A stretch of DNA of 64,000 nt, taken from Vicugna vicugna (Eukaryota). Position 1 is the stretch's first letter. Each line of letters begins with the position of its first letter. Shown piece by piece: positions 53,650 through 64,000 of this stretch. The translations under genes were made by a program, and so were the position numbers. The notes under the pieces are model-generated. The model had not been told where the DNA came from. It ran no database searches and was given only the letters and a program-made list of their open reading frames with translations. The DNA lies in NCBI GenBank assembly GCA_013265495.1, contig MU058065.1:560001-624000 (forward strand), given 5' to 3'.

Positions 53650-54110
53650 CACGTGCTGAGCATGCTGACTTCTTCTGGACCGTGATGCTTTTGCACAAGA
53701 CATTTCCTCTGCCTGGACTCCTTCCTCGTGCTCTCTTTTCTTTTTTTTTTTTAAAAAACTTGGTTAATTCCTGTTTTCTCTGTAGCCCTAAAAGCAAGCC
53801 TCTTTTTGTTTGAGAAAACTTCCCAACCTTTCCTAAGCAGTGCTGGACACTTCCTTCTCTCCTGGTCTCTTTCCCACACCTCATTTTGTCATGCATCACA
53901 TGATCTTTGTTCTGATCTTTGCCTTGAATCAATTGTTTTATGTGTCTCACTAGACCTTGAATTCCTTCAAGTAAGGACCGTATCTTATTCATCTCTGTGA
54001 ACCTAAGTCTTTCTTTACACCATTCCCTTCTGACTTTTCTCCCATGCTACTGCCTGTTAGAGTCCCATGCATGCAGTATGTGCTCAGTTAATATCGATTA
54101 ACTTAATGAG
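53650..54110 (+). mobile_element. L2 LINE 3' end
   Basis: cactagaccttgaattccttcaagtaaggaccgtatcttattcatctctgt; tail ending ttaatgagtgaa. Confidence 0.7.
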
Positions 54111-54629
54111 TGAACATAGCCACACTTATAACTGATCTTGAACAGTCTGGGGACACAAAAGCAGCCTCTAAACCTGGAAAGGGGACAGTGAATGAGGGAC
54201 TTAAATAAGGGAGGCTTGTAACTTCAGCGACTAATTTTTTAGGACCGAGTACAAATTGGCTAAAATAAACTAAGTCATGTGTTTCACCTAACTTTTACCT
54301 TTTCATCTACTTATTACTACTCTGTTCCAAAGGGGCACATGACAAGTGAGGCAAGTTGGAAATTCACAGTATGCCATTCCTTCACTCTCCAACACCTGTG
54401 ATCATGGTCCCTTTTACCTAGAGTTTCATATATAACATGTCCAAAAAAACTGATCTTTGCTGTAAAACAAAAGCAGTATTAACACATTGGTGCACATATA
54501 TAAATATCAAAGAACACAATGTGTGCGTGTGTTTACTTTGTGGAAGGTAGTTATTTCTAAATCTATGCTCTTTTGTGCTGATCTGTTTCTTCTTTCTTTT
54601 TTCTCCTTCTGTTCATCTCACAGAGCTAT

Positions 54630-54830
54630 GGGCAAACAGTTCCAGGCAAGGTTCTGAGCACTGTTAAAAATCCTCAGAACAACCATATAACGGGGGTGCT
54701 ATCAAATCCCGGTTTTATAGCAGAAGAAACTGACTCAGAGAGAGCGAGCAACAAGCCCCAAGAGCAGACAGCTGATAAGTGACAAAGGTGGGATTCAAGC
54801 CCATTCAGGCTGGGTCCAGAGTCGTGCCAT
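54630..54830 (-). mobile_element. MIR SINE
   Basis: aatcctcagaacaacc...ttttatagcagaagaaactgactcagagag...gggattcaagccc. Confidence 0.75.
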
Positions 54831-55151
54831 GATACAGTGTCTCTTCTTCAGAACTCGACACCAATCCTGTAGGAAGGAAAAAGTATTTATAGGGAAGGAA
54901 ACTGAGCAATTAACCCCTTGGAAACGCCCCATAAAAGAATCAAGAGAAGTAATAATTGTTTAACTTCTAGTCCCAGACCCTGGCAAACTTTTGCATGTTC
55001 ATACAATGTGTATCTCCAACTAAATTAGTGAATATTTTCTGAAGTCGGTAACTAGTTCCATAACTTGGCAATGATCTGACTGCGTAAACCATGTAGAGCA
55101 CCATGGCGCAGGGCCTAACTGCCCGAGAACGTGAAGTCAAGATACACTTAC

Positions 55152-55194
55152 AGAGTGGAACCATTTCTGTTCTCATTGTTCTACTCTTTCATTC
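55152..55194 (-). pseudogene. Pseudo-exon (NERVEQ*EQKWFHS)
   Basis: Strong tttttttcatgcag acceptor and CT|gtaagt donor; phase 2->0 fits neighbours. Confidence 0.55.
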
Positions 55195-55276
55195 CTGCAT
55201 GAAAAAAATAAAATTCCAGGCTCTCTATAAATTGTATTTTTCCCTAGAAAGCAGAGATCATGAAGATAGATGTTAG

Positions 55277-55456
55277 CTGTCAGAGAAGCCACCAATGAAG
55301 GCGATGCTCTTTTCCCAGGATATTGGTGAAGAAAAGCTATCAATTAAAGCCCAGAAATTCAGAATTTCTGATGCCAAGTCTATTGATATGTTCAACCTTG
55401 AGTGTGGTCCTTGCTAAAGCCCTGATTTCTGAGTGGTAACTCTGTCTCTTGGGGAT
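55277..55456 (-). pseudogene. Candidate pseudo-exon (SPRDRVTTQKSGL*QGPHSRLNISIDLASEILNFWALIDSFSSPISWEKSIAFIGGFSD)
   Basis: ttttattccag acceptor; 180 nt, phase 2->2; donor would be mutated (AG|ctaac); ~82-nt intron to next exon. Confidence 0.45.
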
Positions 55457-56233
55457 CTGGAATAAAATCCAGCAGAAATGTTCATTCAAGTTGAATGGGA
55501 AACACAAAAGGGAATGTTCTGTGGAGCTCACATGTCTGGCAACAAAAGATTCGCTCTATGTATGAAAGATTGGAGTGAGTGTCCTTACCATAGTTGCCTA
55601 CTAATTGGTTTATAAAGAAGGTCCTGCAAGTTAATATTTCTCTACTTGCTTGAATATAGTTATAAATTCCTAAGTAGAAAGCCCACAAATTAAATATGTA
55701 TGGACACTCCAAAGCACATCAAATAATGTTTTTACACCTATCTGTCTATCTATCTATCTATCTAATCATTTCCTAAGGAACAGTATTGTGCCTAATTTGA
55801 GCAGAATACTACATTTTTATTTTATTTTTACATTTAGATATTTCCAAAGATGATCAAGTATTAATTTACTGGGAAATTATTATACTCCTTTTTTGTAATA
55901 AGCTTGTCTAAATCTGTGGCATGAAATGCACCCATTTCTGACAGGATTCCTTTCATCATACTCTCGTTTTATGAAATTTCATGGCATCATCACATAACTG
56001 AATAAATCACTCCACTGAGAGCCTAATTTCCCATAGTCATAATTCTTAACTATTTTTCAGACTTTTTTTCAGCAGGATAAATTTTGTAAGATTATCAAAT
56101 TTATTATTTTACTGATGGGCAGAATTTTACCTGAACTTTCGTAAAAGTGCCTCTTTTCAATTAACGATAAAAGCTACAGCAATGAAAGGGATCTATTATA
56201 TAACTCCTTAGGGTGGCTCCCTCTCCTGTTAAC

Positions 56234-56404
56234 TCATTCAGATTTTCAGGAAGCTTGAATTCCTCCAGTGCCATTTTAATGCCATTTTTTCTCATTCTGT
56301 TTCAGTGGCAACGAAGAACAGCTGGCCACCATCCTCTGTGATAATAACCTTCATATAGTCGAAACTGGAATGGTTTTGGACATGGCGCTTACAAACACAT
56401 CTCC
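56234..56404 (-). pseudogene. Candidate pseudo-exon (RCVCKRHVQNHSSFDYMKVIITEDGGQLFFVATETE*EKMAL/EEFKLPENLNE)
   Basis: catttcgcag acceptor, GA|gttaac donor; frame restored by removing an 11-nt tandem duplication (aaaatggcatt/aaaatggcact). Confidence 0.5.
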
Positions 56405-56652
56405 CTGCGAAATGATGTAGCCTATTTGGTATTTCCCCCTGTAAATAGCTAGATTCCTTATAGCCGACCCGTCCAGTGAATATCAGATGTTAGCTCTGTT
56501 CAGTATAATGTGAGCATCTGCTGCCTTGTCTATTCAGGAATGTCTTCTGAGAGGGTTTCACAAGAAAACTTACTGTGTTTAGTTTATGACATACAATGTA
56601 AGAAGAATGGAATGCTTTTCTATTAGGATTTGCATTGATAATGAAAGGTTAC

Positions 56653-56813
56653 CATAGTGCCGGTCTGCTTTTTACCAAATTTGCCAAATTCTGAAGGCGA
56701 TGCCAATTAGAAGGCAGTAATGCTTTTCACTGCAGCAGATTGCGACCAGTACTTGCTGGTGGCACCGCATCACGGTTGGCCGGACCCACTTCGCATTGGG
56801 AAGAAGGCAAACG
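56653..56813 (-). pseudogene. Candidate pseudo-exon (VCLLPNAKWVRPTVMRCHQQVLVAICCSEKHYCLLIGIAFRIWQIW*KADRHY; other frames possible)
   Basis: gatctag acceptor, TATG|gtaacc donor, CpG-rich relative to flanks, phase 1 end fits next exon. Confidence 0.45.
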
Positions 56814-57222
56814 CTAGATCATATAGTGTTTATGAAGTGATAGCAATCGTTCCAAGTCACAGCCACACCCCAAGAAAGCTGAGGAAGTGATGCAGTTACG
56901 CTTAGGTCATCCTTTCTACTAGTAGCAGGGGAGCCAAATGTCTGAAAACGCTCACATTTTGCTCTCTTTAGGAAAAAACAACATTGATTTTAGAGGCTTT
57001 TGTTATGGCGGCCAGGGGGATTTTCCCACTGCAGCACAGAGGAAGCTGGGTTTGGATTGGGAAGCCAGACATTTCTTGGCCTGAATTTCTCACTTGAATG
57101 GGATTTGAGTGTGCCCCCTCCTCACCCCTCCTACCCCCAAGCAGCTAGAAGCCCCACCTCCTCCCTTGGACCATATGGGGAAGCTGGCTCAGTGGCTGTT
57201 ATTCTACTGACTCCAAGTTCAC

Positions 57223-57300
57223 GCAGCTGTTCATTCCCTGCTTAATGTACCGGTAATTACAGCAATGCGCGCTTCTCTTTTTCCAATCATGTAACTTCTT
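57223..57300 (-). pseudogene. Candidate 5' pseudo-exon, frame ambiguous (one frame: KKLHDWKKRSAHCCNYRYIKQGMNSC)
   Basis: ttttccattag acceptor, TGC|gtgaac donor, 78 nt open in one frame; no homology support. Confidence 0.3.
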
Positions 57301-58989
57301 CTAATGGAAAATGATTTGTTTTTAACAACTTCCATGCATTCTGTGCTTTAATAAGAAAGGGTGTCTTCTGGCATTGAGGGATTCAATTCTCTATATAAAA
57401 AAAAAAAGTTTTGGTATCAGTTCTCAGCTCCATAGGAGGGCTCAGTGGGACAAGCCAAAACTGGGGGGAGGTGGGACTTAAGTGGGTGTAACTAACTTGA
57501 TATGAATAGGTCAGCTGGGAAACAAAGCAAGCTCATAGCCTTCTGCACATGGAAGTGGTGAAAAAGCATTAAAAAAATGTGAAACTGGGAAAAATCAAAA
57601 GTACAAATTGAGCTCTGCTTTCACGATCCAAATTCAGTATGTTCTCAAAGGATTTTAAAACATATTTGAAGAAGCTTTTCACTTATCTTGGTTCTATCTT
57701 TCGGAGCATGCAAATTTTTTGCTTTGAAGTTTGGGATTGGGTGGGGGACTCAGAAGATAGCAAGGAATGCATCTTTCCCATTAGCCATGCCAAGCTCAGG
57801 AGCATGGATCAAACATCTGTTTGCTCACACCATGATTTCATTTGTGGATAAAATAGATCAGCCTTGGAATCTCTGCCCTTGTGCCTCCCTAAATGGCACA
57901 GGGAGTCACTCACACAAAAAAAACTCATTCCTTTTTTTTTTTTTATACTCTTTCAACTCATTAGAATATTTCACTTGGAGGCTCTTATTTTTAAAAAATT
58001 AATTAAGCAGCATTTGTAGCAAAGAACACCAAGTCAAATCCCTGTGGGTGGTTGGAGACACTCATTCTGCACAATATCTGGAACTGATAAGATCAGAAGG
58101 ATGACAGCAAAATGAGTGTTTCCTTTGTATGAAAATTCAAAATTGGATGAAGTTGAGAGGATGACAGACTATGATTGCAAAATGGATATACCTCATTGGA
58201 CTTTTTAAAGATTTATGTAATTTAAGGCTTAGCTAAAGTTATAAAACACATATTCAGAGCCCCAAATCTTTTTGTGCTAAAATGTATCCATATCTTCTAA
58301 GGGCATTAATTTCATTACTTGTGTTTTACCTTTATGCTGATAATGATCAGTAATAACACGATTGCCAGAAATCACCCATCTTCTCCTCTATGTATCTAGC
58401 CCACCCCCAAATCCCTGTGAAAATCATTATTTTTCCTCTTAGAGATTTTTTTCAGAAATTTTATTACACCAAAAGGAGGAAATTTAAAATACTCAAATTT
58501 AAACTTAGAACTAAATAATGTCTAAAATTGTAACAACTTGGGAAAAACAATTGCTTTCTCCAAAACCCACAGTAGCCACAGCGTTGGTTAGAAGCTCCAC
58601 GTGTGACAAAGTGCAGTGAAAAATCTCTGTACTTCATCCCTTATGAGTGCAGCATGTGCGTCTACATCCAATTTCACCCTGTAGGAAATCATTGTCTCCT
58701 GTTTTATGAGAAGCAAACATGCTCTTTAATATACTTAAGCAAGCTTTGAGAATTGGATTTTCAGAATTCTTAGCATGACTCTAATCCAGATGTCCATGCT
58801 AGCTCATAGTCTTATCTGTTTTAATGATTCTATCAGTATCTTTGAGAAGAATTATGTTTACAGCTTAAGGTCATTTTGATATATGTTAGACCATCAAAGC
58901 TGTTATAAATGCGATCCGATAAATGTCAAAATAAGTAGGTGTGTGTTCACACTCCTCATTATACTCATTCATTCAGCAAGTACTTGTTT

Positions 58990-60098
58990 AATTTTGACAA
59001 ATTAAATTCTGTATGTTTAAAGTGTACAAACATGATGATTTGACATTCATATGCGTTGTGAAATGATCACCACTATCAAATTCTTTAGCACATTCATTTA
59101 AAAAGTTACCTTTTGTATGTGTGTGGTAAGAATGCTTAAGATCGACTGTTTCAGCAAATTTCAAGTGTGCAATACAGTATTATTGACTATAGTCACCATG
59201 CTGGACATTACATCTTCAGAATTTATCTTCTAACTGAAAATTTGTACCCTTTGACCAAATTACTCCATTTTTTTCACCCTCCCACCCCCCAGCCCTGGAA
59301 ACCACGATTTTACTCTTTTCTGTGAATTTGACTTATTTTTTTATGCATTTATTTTTTAGATTTCACACATGAATGAGATCATAGAGAGCATTTGTCTTTC
59401 CCCATCTGGCTTATTTCACTTAGCATGATGTCCTCCAGGTTCATAATGTTGTCACAAATGGCAGGAATTCCTTGTTCTCTATGGCTGAACATTCCATTGT
59501 GTGTAAACATCACATCTTCATCCATTCATCCACTGACAGACACAGGTGGTTTCTCTATCTTATCTATTGTGAATACGGCCCCGATGAACATGAACGTATA
59601 GATATCTCTGAGATGTTGGTTTCATTTCTTTTGGATAAATGTTCGGAAGTGGGAGTGCTGGATCACATGGTAGTTTCATTTTTTTGAGGCACCTCAACAC
59701 TGTTTTCCCTAGTGGCTGTACCAATTTATATTCCCACCAAGAGCAGGATTCTCTTTTTGCCACACCCTTGCCAGCGCTTGCTATCGCTTGTCTTTTTGAT
59801 TTAGCTGTACTAACAGGTGTGAGGTGGTATCTCACTGTGGTTTTGATTTGCATTTCCCTGATGGTCAATGATGTTGAGCAGCTTTCCACGTACCTGTTGG
59901 CCATTTGTATATCTTTGAAAAAATGTGTATGCAGGTCCTTTGCCCATTGTCAAATCAGATTACTTTTTTTTTTTTTGCTATTGAGTTTTATGAGTTCCTC
60001 ATATATTTAGCTATTAAGCCCTTACCAGATATATGATTTGTACATATTTTCTCCCATTCTCTAAATTGCCTTCCATTTTGTTGAGTGTTTCCTTTGCT
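58990..60098 (-). mobile_element. L1MA/MB-type 3' end inserted into an L2 (L2 at ~58960-58985 and 60100-60800)
   Basis: ORF2 peptide [17 protein letters not shown] on minus strand plus 3' UTR; L2 tail (tcattcattcagcaag) continues beyond it. Confidence 0.9.
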
Positions 60099-61439
60099 TG
60101 TTCAACACCTTGTAAGTGCCAAGCATTTTTCTAGGGACCAGGGATTCAATAGTGAACAAAACCCAAAATCTCTGTCTCATGTAGGGGACAGTTTAGAGCT
60201 TAGTAAGAGGAGATATACAAACAAAATATATCAGTAAGACAAAAATATAGATTAAGAAGCAGTAAGAGCTAAGAAGAAAAAAATAAAACACTGGAAAGAG
60301 ACAGAAAGTTCTGGGAGGGTTACAATTTTACATGAAGTAGCAGAAAAGACCCACTAACAGTGATCTCTGAGCATATATTTGAAGGGAGTGAGATACGAGC
60401 TATCTGGACATCTGAATGGATAACTGTCTGGGCAAAGGGAATAGTAAGCACAAAGGAGGTGTGGACTTAATGTGTTCAAAGAGTACCAAGGACCCATGTG
60501 GCTAGATTGCAGAGAATGATGGGGTATGTGTTAGGAGGTAAGGTCAGGGAAGCAGGAGGGAGCCAGCTCACGCAAAGCCATAATTTATTGTGGGAACTTT
60601 GGCTTTTACTTTGAGATATGGGAAGCCATTAGAGATTTTTAAACAGCAAAGTGACAAAATCTGACATACCTCTTAACAAGATCACTCTGGCTGCTATGTT
60701 GAAAGTCAAATCAAAGGCAGCAAGGGAGGAAGCAGAGACCAGTTAGGAAAACTATTATAATAAACTGGGCAAGAGGCCAAAGGGGAAAGGTAGAGATAGT
60801 GAGGGAGTTCCTGCCGTGTGCCAGGCACTCATCTAAGCTTTGTGGACATAGCAGGGGGGAAACAGAGGCTCTGTTCCCATGGGATTTACATTGTGCTAAG
60901 AGGAAACACTCAACCAATAAGCCAATGTATATATAAAATATTAGGTGGTGGTAAGTCCTATTTAGAGAAACCCCAGTCACTCACTTGTTCCCAACAACAA
61001 GTCGGTTCATGATGACAAATTCCTAGAAATCAATTCATGCCTGTATAGAGGCAGCTGAAGAAGTAAATTCTAGTAATTCCATCCAGGAATATTATACAGA
61101 AGTGAATTTGAATGAGTGTAACTATAGGCAGCATTATCAATGGAACTTAGCACTATAAATATGGGGCAAAAATAAGCTCTTTAGATATTTTTTAAAAGTC
61201 ATGACTTTTTTCATGAAGTCAAACACATATACAACCCAAACATATACTTTTAAAGGAATACATATAGATGTGTCAAATGTATATAAAATAACATTTTAAA
61301 AATGTTAATACGAGATTTGGAATAGTAGTTATCCTGGCTGAAGGAGGCTGGGAGTGATCAAATGGGTTTCCATGAGTGTTCTAGGTTCCATGTTGGATGT
61401 CGGAGTTCTGGGTTTAATTATATTCTTTTGAGGGGAAAA

Positions 61440-61540
61440 AATGAAAGAAGGAAGGAAAAATAGAGGGAAGGAAGGAAAGAAGGAAAAAAGGAAGGAAGGA
61501 AGAAAGAAGGAAAGGAAAGAGGGAGGGAGTGAGGGAGGTA
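61440..61540 (+). repeat. (GGAA)n-like polypurine tract
   Basis: Direct reading. Confidence 0.85.
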
Positions 61541-61986
61541 GGGATGTGGGGATGTAGGTAGAAAGACCCTTTTGTGAACTAATATTGAATGTATGTTGTG
61601 AGCCAAGGATTATGATCTAATTTTTTGCTCCTGGGGTAGGGGACTGGGGAGAGCTCCAGGGTAGCTGTTTTTAAGTTTGTTTGTGTCTTTGTTTTTGATA
61701 GAGTTGTCCGGGGAGTCCTCTCTGAGGAAATGACATTTGAGCAGAGATGTGGCTGGGCTGAAAGAGAAGGCAGAAACACAGGGAGAGCCCTGGGCGGGGG
61801 TGGGGTAGGTGAGGGGACCAAGTGCAGGCGGTGAGGTCAGGAAAGTAGCAGGAGCAGGTCATCTTGGACTTCACAGACGATGAGAAACCCTTAGACGTTT
61901 CCTCGACGGGAAACTGGAAACCACCGGAAGACTCTGAGCGGGAGTAATATTATCCGCTGTGTATTTTAAAAGGATCATTCCTGCTG

Positions 61987-62180
61987 CAACGTGCATTTCT
62001 CAGCACAATTGACTTCTGGGCTGGACCATCCTGCTGTGCATTGTACGTTGTTAGCAGCCTCCATGGCCTCCACCTTACAGAGCTAAAGCACCCCCTGAGG
62101 CAGCTGTGACCACCAAAAATGTCTCCAGACATTGTCAAATGTCTCTCAGGGGTGAAGTCACCCCTGGTGGAGAACCACCA
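61987..62180 (+). mobile_element. MER20 DNA transposon next to L2 remnant
   Basis: gtgaccaccaaaaatgtctccagacattgtcaaatgtc...cccctggtggagaaccac. Confidence 0.85.
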
Positions 62181-62349
62181 GAAGGCAGTGAAGGTGGCGA
62201 GATACAGAATCCGGAAGAGAAGGTACGAGAACATTGCTGTGTCCACCGGAGACAAAGACTGTGACTAGTGTAGAAGTACTTGGTGTCTCCTCTTTTATTT
62301 CTTTCTCCTTTTTTCAAAACTGATGTTTTTATTTTTTAAACCATGTTTT

Positions 62350-62615
62350 ATTATTTTTTTCATTTTATTCAGCTTTATTGAGGTACAACTGACAAATAAA
62401 ATTAGAAGATATTTAAAGTGTGCATCCTGATGACTTGATATCAGCGTGCGTTCTGAAAGGATTCCTTCCTTCTAGTTAATTCACACACACACACCCATCG
62501 CCCTGCCTATTTATCTTGTGTGTGTGAGAGAGCAAGTTGTACTCTCTTAGTAAATTTCACTGATGACATTAGTCACCGTGTCATACCTTAAATTCTCAGA
62601 CTTTATTCATCTCAT
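62350..62615 (-). mobile_element. L1MA/MB 3' tip
   Basis: cagctttattgaggtacaactgacaaataaaatt...atttaaagtgtgca. Confidence 0.75.
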
Positions 62616-63700
62616 TGGGTGTTCTCCTGTTTTCTAAATAACACACTTTCATAGTTGGCGGGGGGGGTCTATCCTCACGTGTCTAGAATCACTGCAATTT
62701 TAGGATACCTTTGAAATCCCCCCCCAAAAGACATCAAATACTTGTTCATATCCAAAACAAATATTTTCCAGGTGCTGTAGAAACAGGGTGTGTTTGAGCA
62801 TGAAATCATTTACATGGTTGTTCTGGAAGGACTAGTTCTAAACTAACCACTTTGTTTTCTATTGGTTTTATCAAGTCCTACAACTCATTTTCTGACCAGC
62901 ATCCAGGTGAGGTCCTAAAGCCCTGGAGCGAGCACCTGTGCGCTTTTGCATTTGGTCAATTGTGTAATAGTCTGATTGATGACATGTTTAACACTGAGCA
63001 CTATTTAAAACAAAAAATGACGGGCACGCTCCTCATCCCTAAAATGCTCACTTCTGAAGGCTGGTTTCTTTCAGAAGGTACAGGAGGCTGTGCCTGTGAT
63101 CATCAGAGAATCAGCCTCTCACCCCAAACATGATAGGGCAGGGGAGTCAGCTGGGAATTTTATTCCGTGCAGGGTGCTGAGTGAAACGGCATGGTCCAAG
63201 ACATCAGAGCCCAGGAATGAAGGAATATTGTAGAACACGCAGCAGCAGGGCCGAGAGCAGAGTTGACAGCATGAACCTTGAGTGCTTTCCCCCGAGGGCT
63301 GTGTTCTGTTTCCACAAAGCTCTCTCATAAGGCCAGCTCTGAAAGGTAGAAACGTGGACACAAGGGCACCGACTGGCCTTTGGTTTGAGAGTCAGCCACG
63401 GGGCTTCTATACAAACAGTTTCTGGGATTCCAGAGTGGTACTCGGAAACGGTTTTATAGGAGAGACAAATCATCCAGCTGCAGAAAATGCAACCTCACTG
63501 AAGCAAATAAACTTCTTTCCCTGACCAGGAGAATGTAATGAAGACCCAGAGGCTTAGCATCCTCCGGTGCTGCTGGTAGGGCCTCTGCATGTTGTTCATT
63601 TGCCAGATGACATTCCCTGCCAGGTTTGATGTGCTGAGACAGCCATACCTTTGAAGAGGAGGCCATAGTGCGCATAGGGGTAAGAGGATGACTGTGTGTG

Positions 63701-63784
63701 TTTTTTAGAGGAGGTATTGGGGATTGAACCCAGGACCTTGTGCATGCCAAGCATGTGCTCTACCACTGAGCTATACCCACCCCC
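63701..63784 (-). mobile_element. tRNA-Ala-derived SINE (vic-1 type), short copy
   Basis: Reverse complement GGGTATAGCTCAGTGGTAGAGCACATGCTTGGCATGCACAAGGTCCTGGGTTCAATCCCCAATACCTCC with A and B boxes and an A-rich tail. Confidence 0.85.
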
Positions 63785-64000
63785 AAGGCTGTTTTTATTC
63801 GACTGTTCATCTCTTATATTCACACCTGAGATCAGAAGCCCACACCTTGCTTGGCTTTTCCAAAATAATGACTCTAATCAAACACCAAACAGAGCTGTGA
63901 CATCTCACCTTTGAGAGGTAGGCAGAGGGGCATACATCATAACAATAAGGTGAGAGAAAGAAGTAATTATAATAATATTAAATGTTATTGCCACCAGCCA

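Larger units (their letters stand above)
2720..57300 (-). pseudogene. Multi-exon unprocessed pseudogene of a divergent Pecanex (PCNX)-family protein
   Basis: Chain of minus-strand exon-like segments with acceptors/donors and mostly matching phases. Translations give colinear Pecanex-like motifs: VNPMIF..YN..D, LDLMVAYHL, ATTFLDAAVEVIQ..KGLMF, HRCTASEV, LEIAHLGKVIT, LFCFFLC, LKGNF, ESHPA, RFLLQ..C..IPYIP. Many in-frame stops and frameshifts. Family call rests on recalled PCNX sequence; both ends uncertain. Confidence 0.75.

Noticed and set aside
56300..56370. Tudor/Agenet-like peptide YEGYYHRGWWPAV in one minus-strand frame
   Set aside because: That frame has flanking stops and another frame is explained by a simple duplication; too short to call.
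2720..57300. Naming the pseudogene PCNX1, PCNX2, PCNX3 or PCNX4
   Set aside because: Similarity is limited to scattered motifs, far below that expected of a mammalian orthologue, so no symbol was assigned.
63701..63784. Functional tRNA-Ala gene
   Set aside because: Anticodon altered to GGC, extra 5' G-rich leader and A tail; similar to the TSD-flanked SINE at 47143-47288.
1..64000. Supplied six-frame ORFs as real genes; prokaryotic-type systems such as CRISPR or operons
   Set aside because: The ORFs are short, often lack ATG starts and overlap repeats or pseudo-exons. The DNA is mammalian and has no repeat-spacer array.

Overview
AT-rich placental-mammal genomic DNA, probably a camelid (two tRNA-Ala-derived vic-1-type SINEs, cetartiodactyl-type L1 3' ends). 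There is no intact protein-coding gene; the supplied ORFs are L1 remnants, chance ORFs or pieces of decayed exons. Main result: about 17-19 decayed exons on the minus strand (~57.3 kb down to ~2.7 kb) with splice signals and mostly compatible phases. Their translation reproduces, in order, motifs of the conserved Pecanex (PCNX) C-terminal half at low identity, with many stops, frameshifts and broken splice sites. This suggests an unprocessed pseudogene of an ancient, divergent Pecanex-family paralogue rather than PCNX1-4. It has large insertions and no obvious transmembrane region just upstream. PCNX motifs were compared from memory and need HMM confirmation. The introns hold L1, L2, MIR, MLT1/MLT2, MER2 and MER20 repeats, including an inverted L1 (41.0-43.2 kb) with a nested U6/L1 chimeric retrocopy. 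Old-repeat boundaries are approximate.
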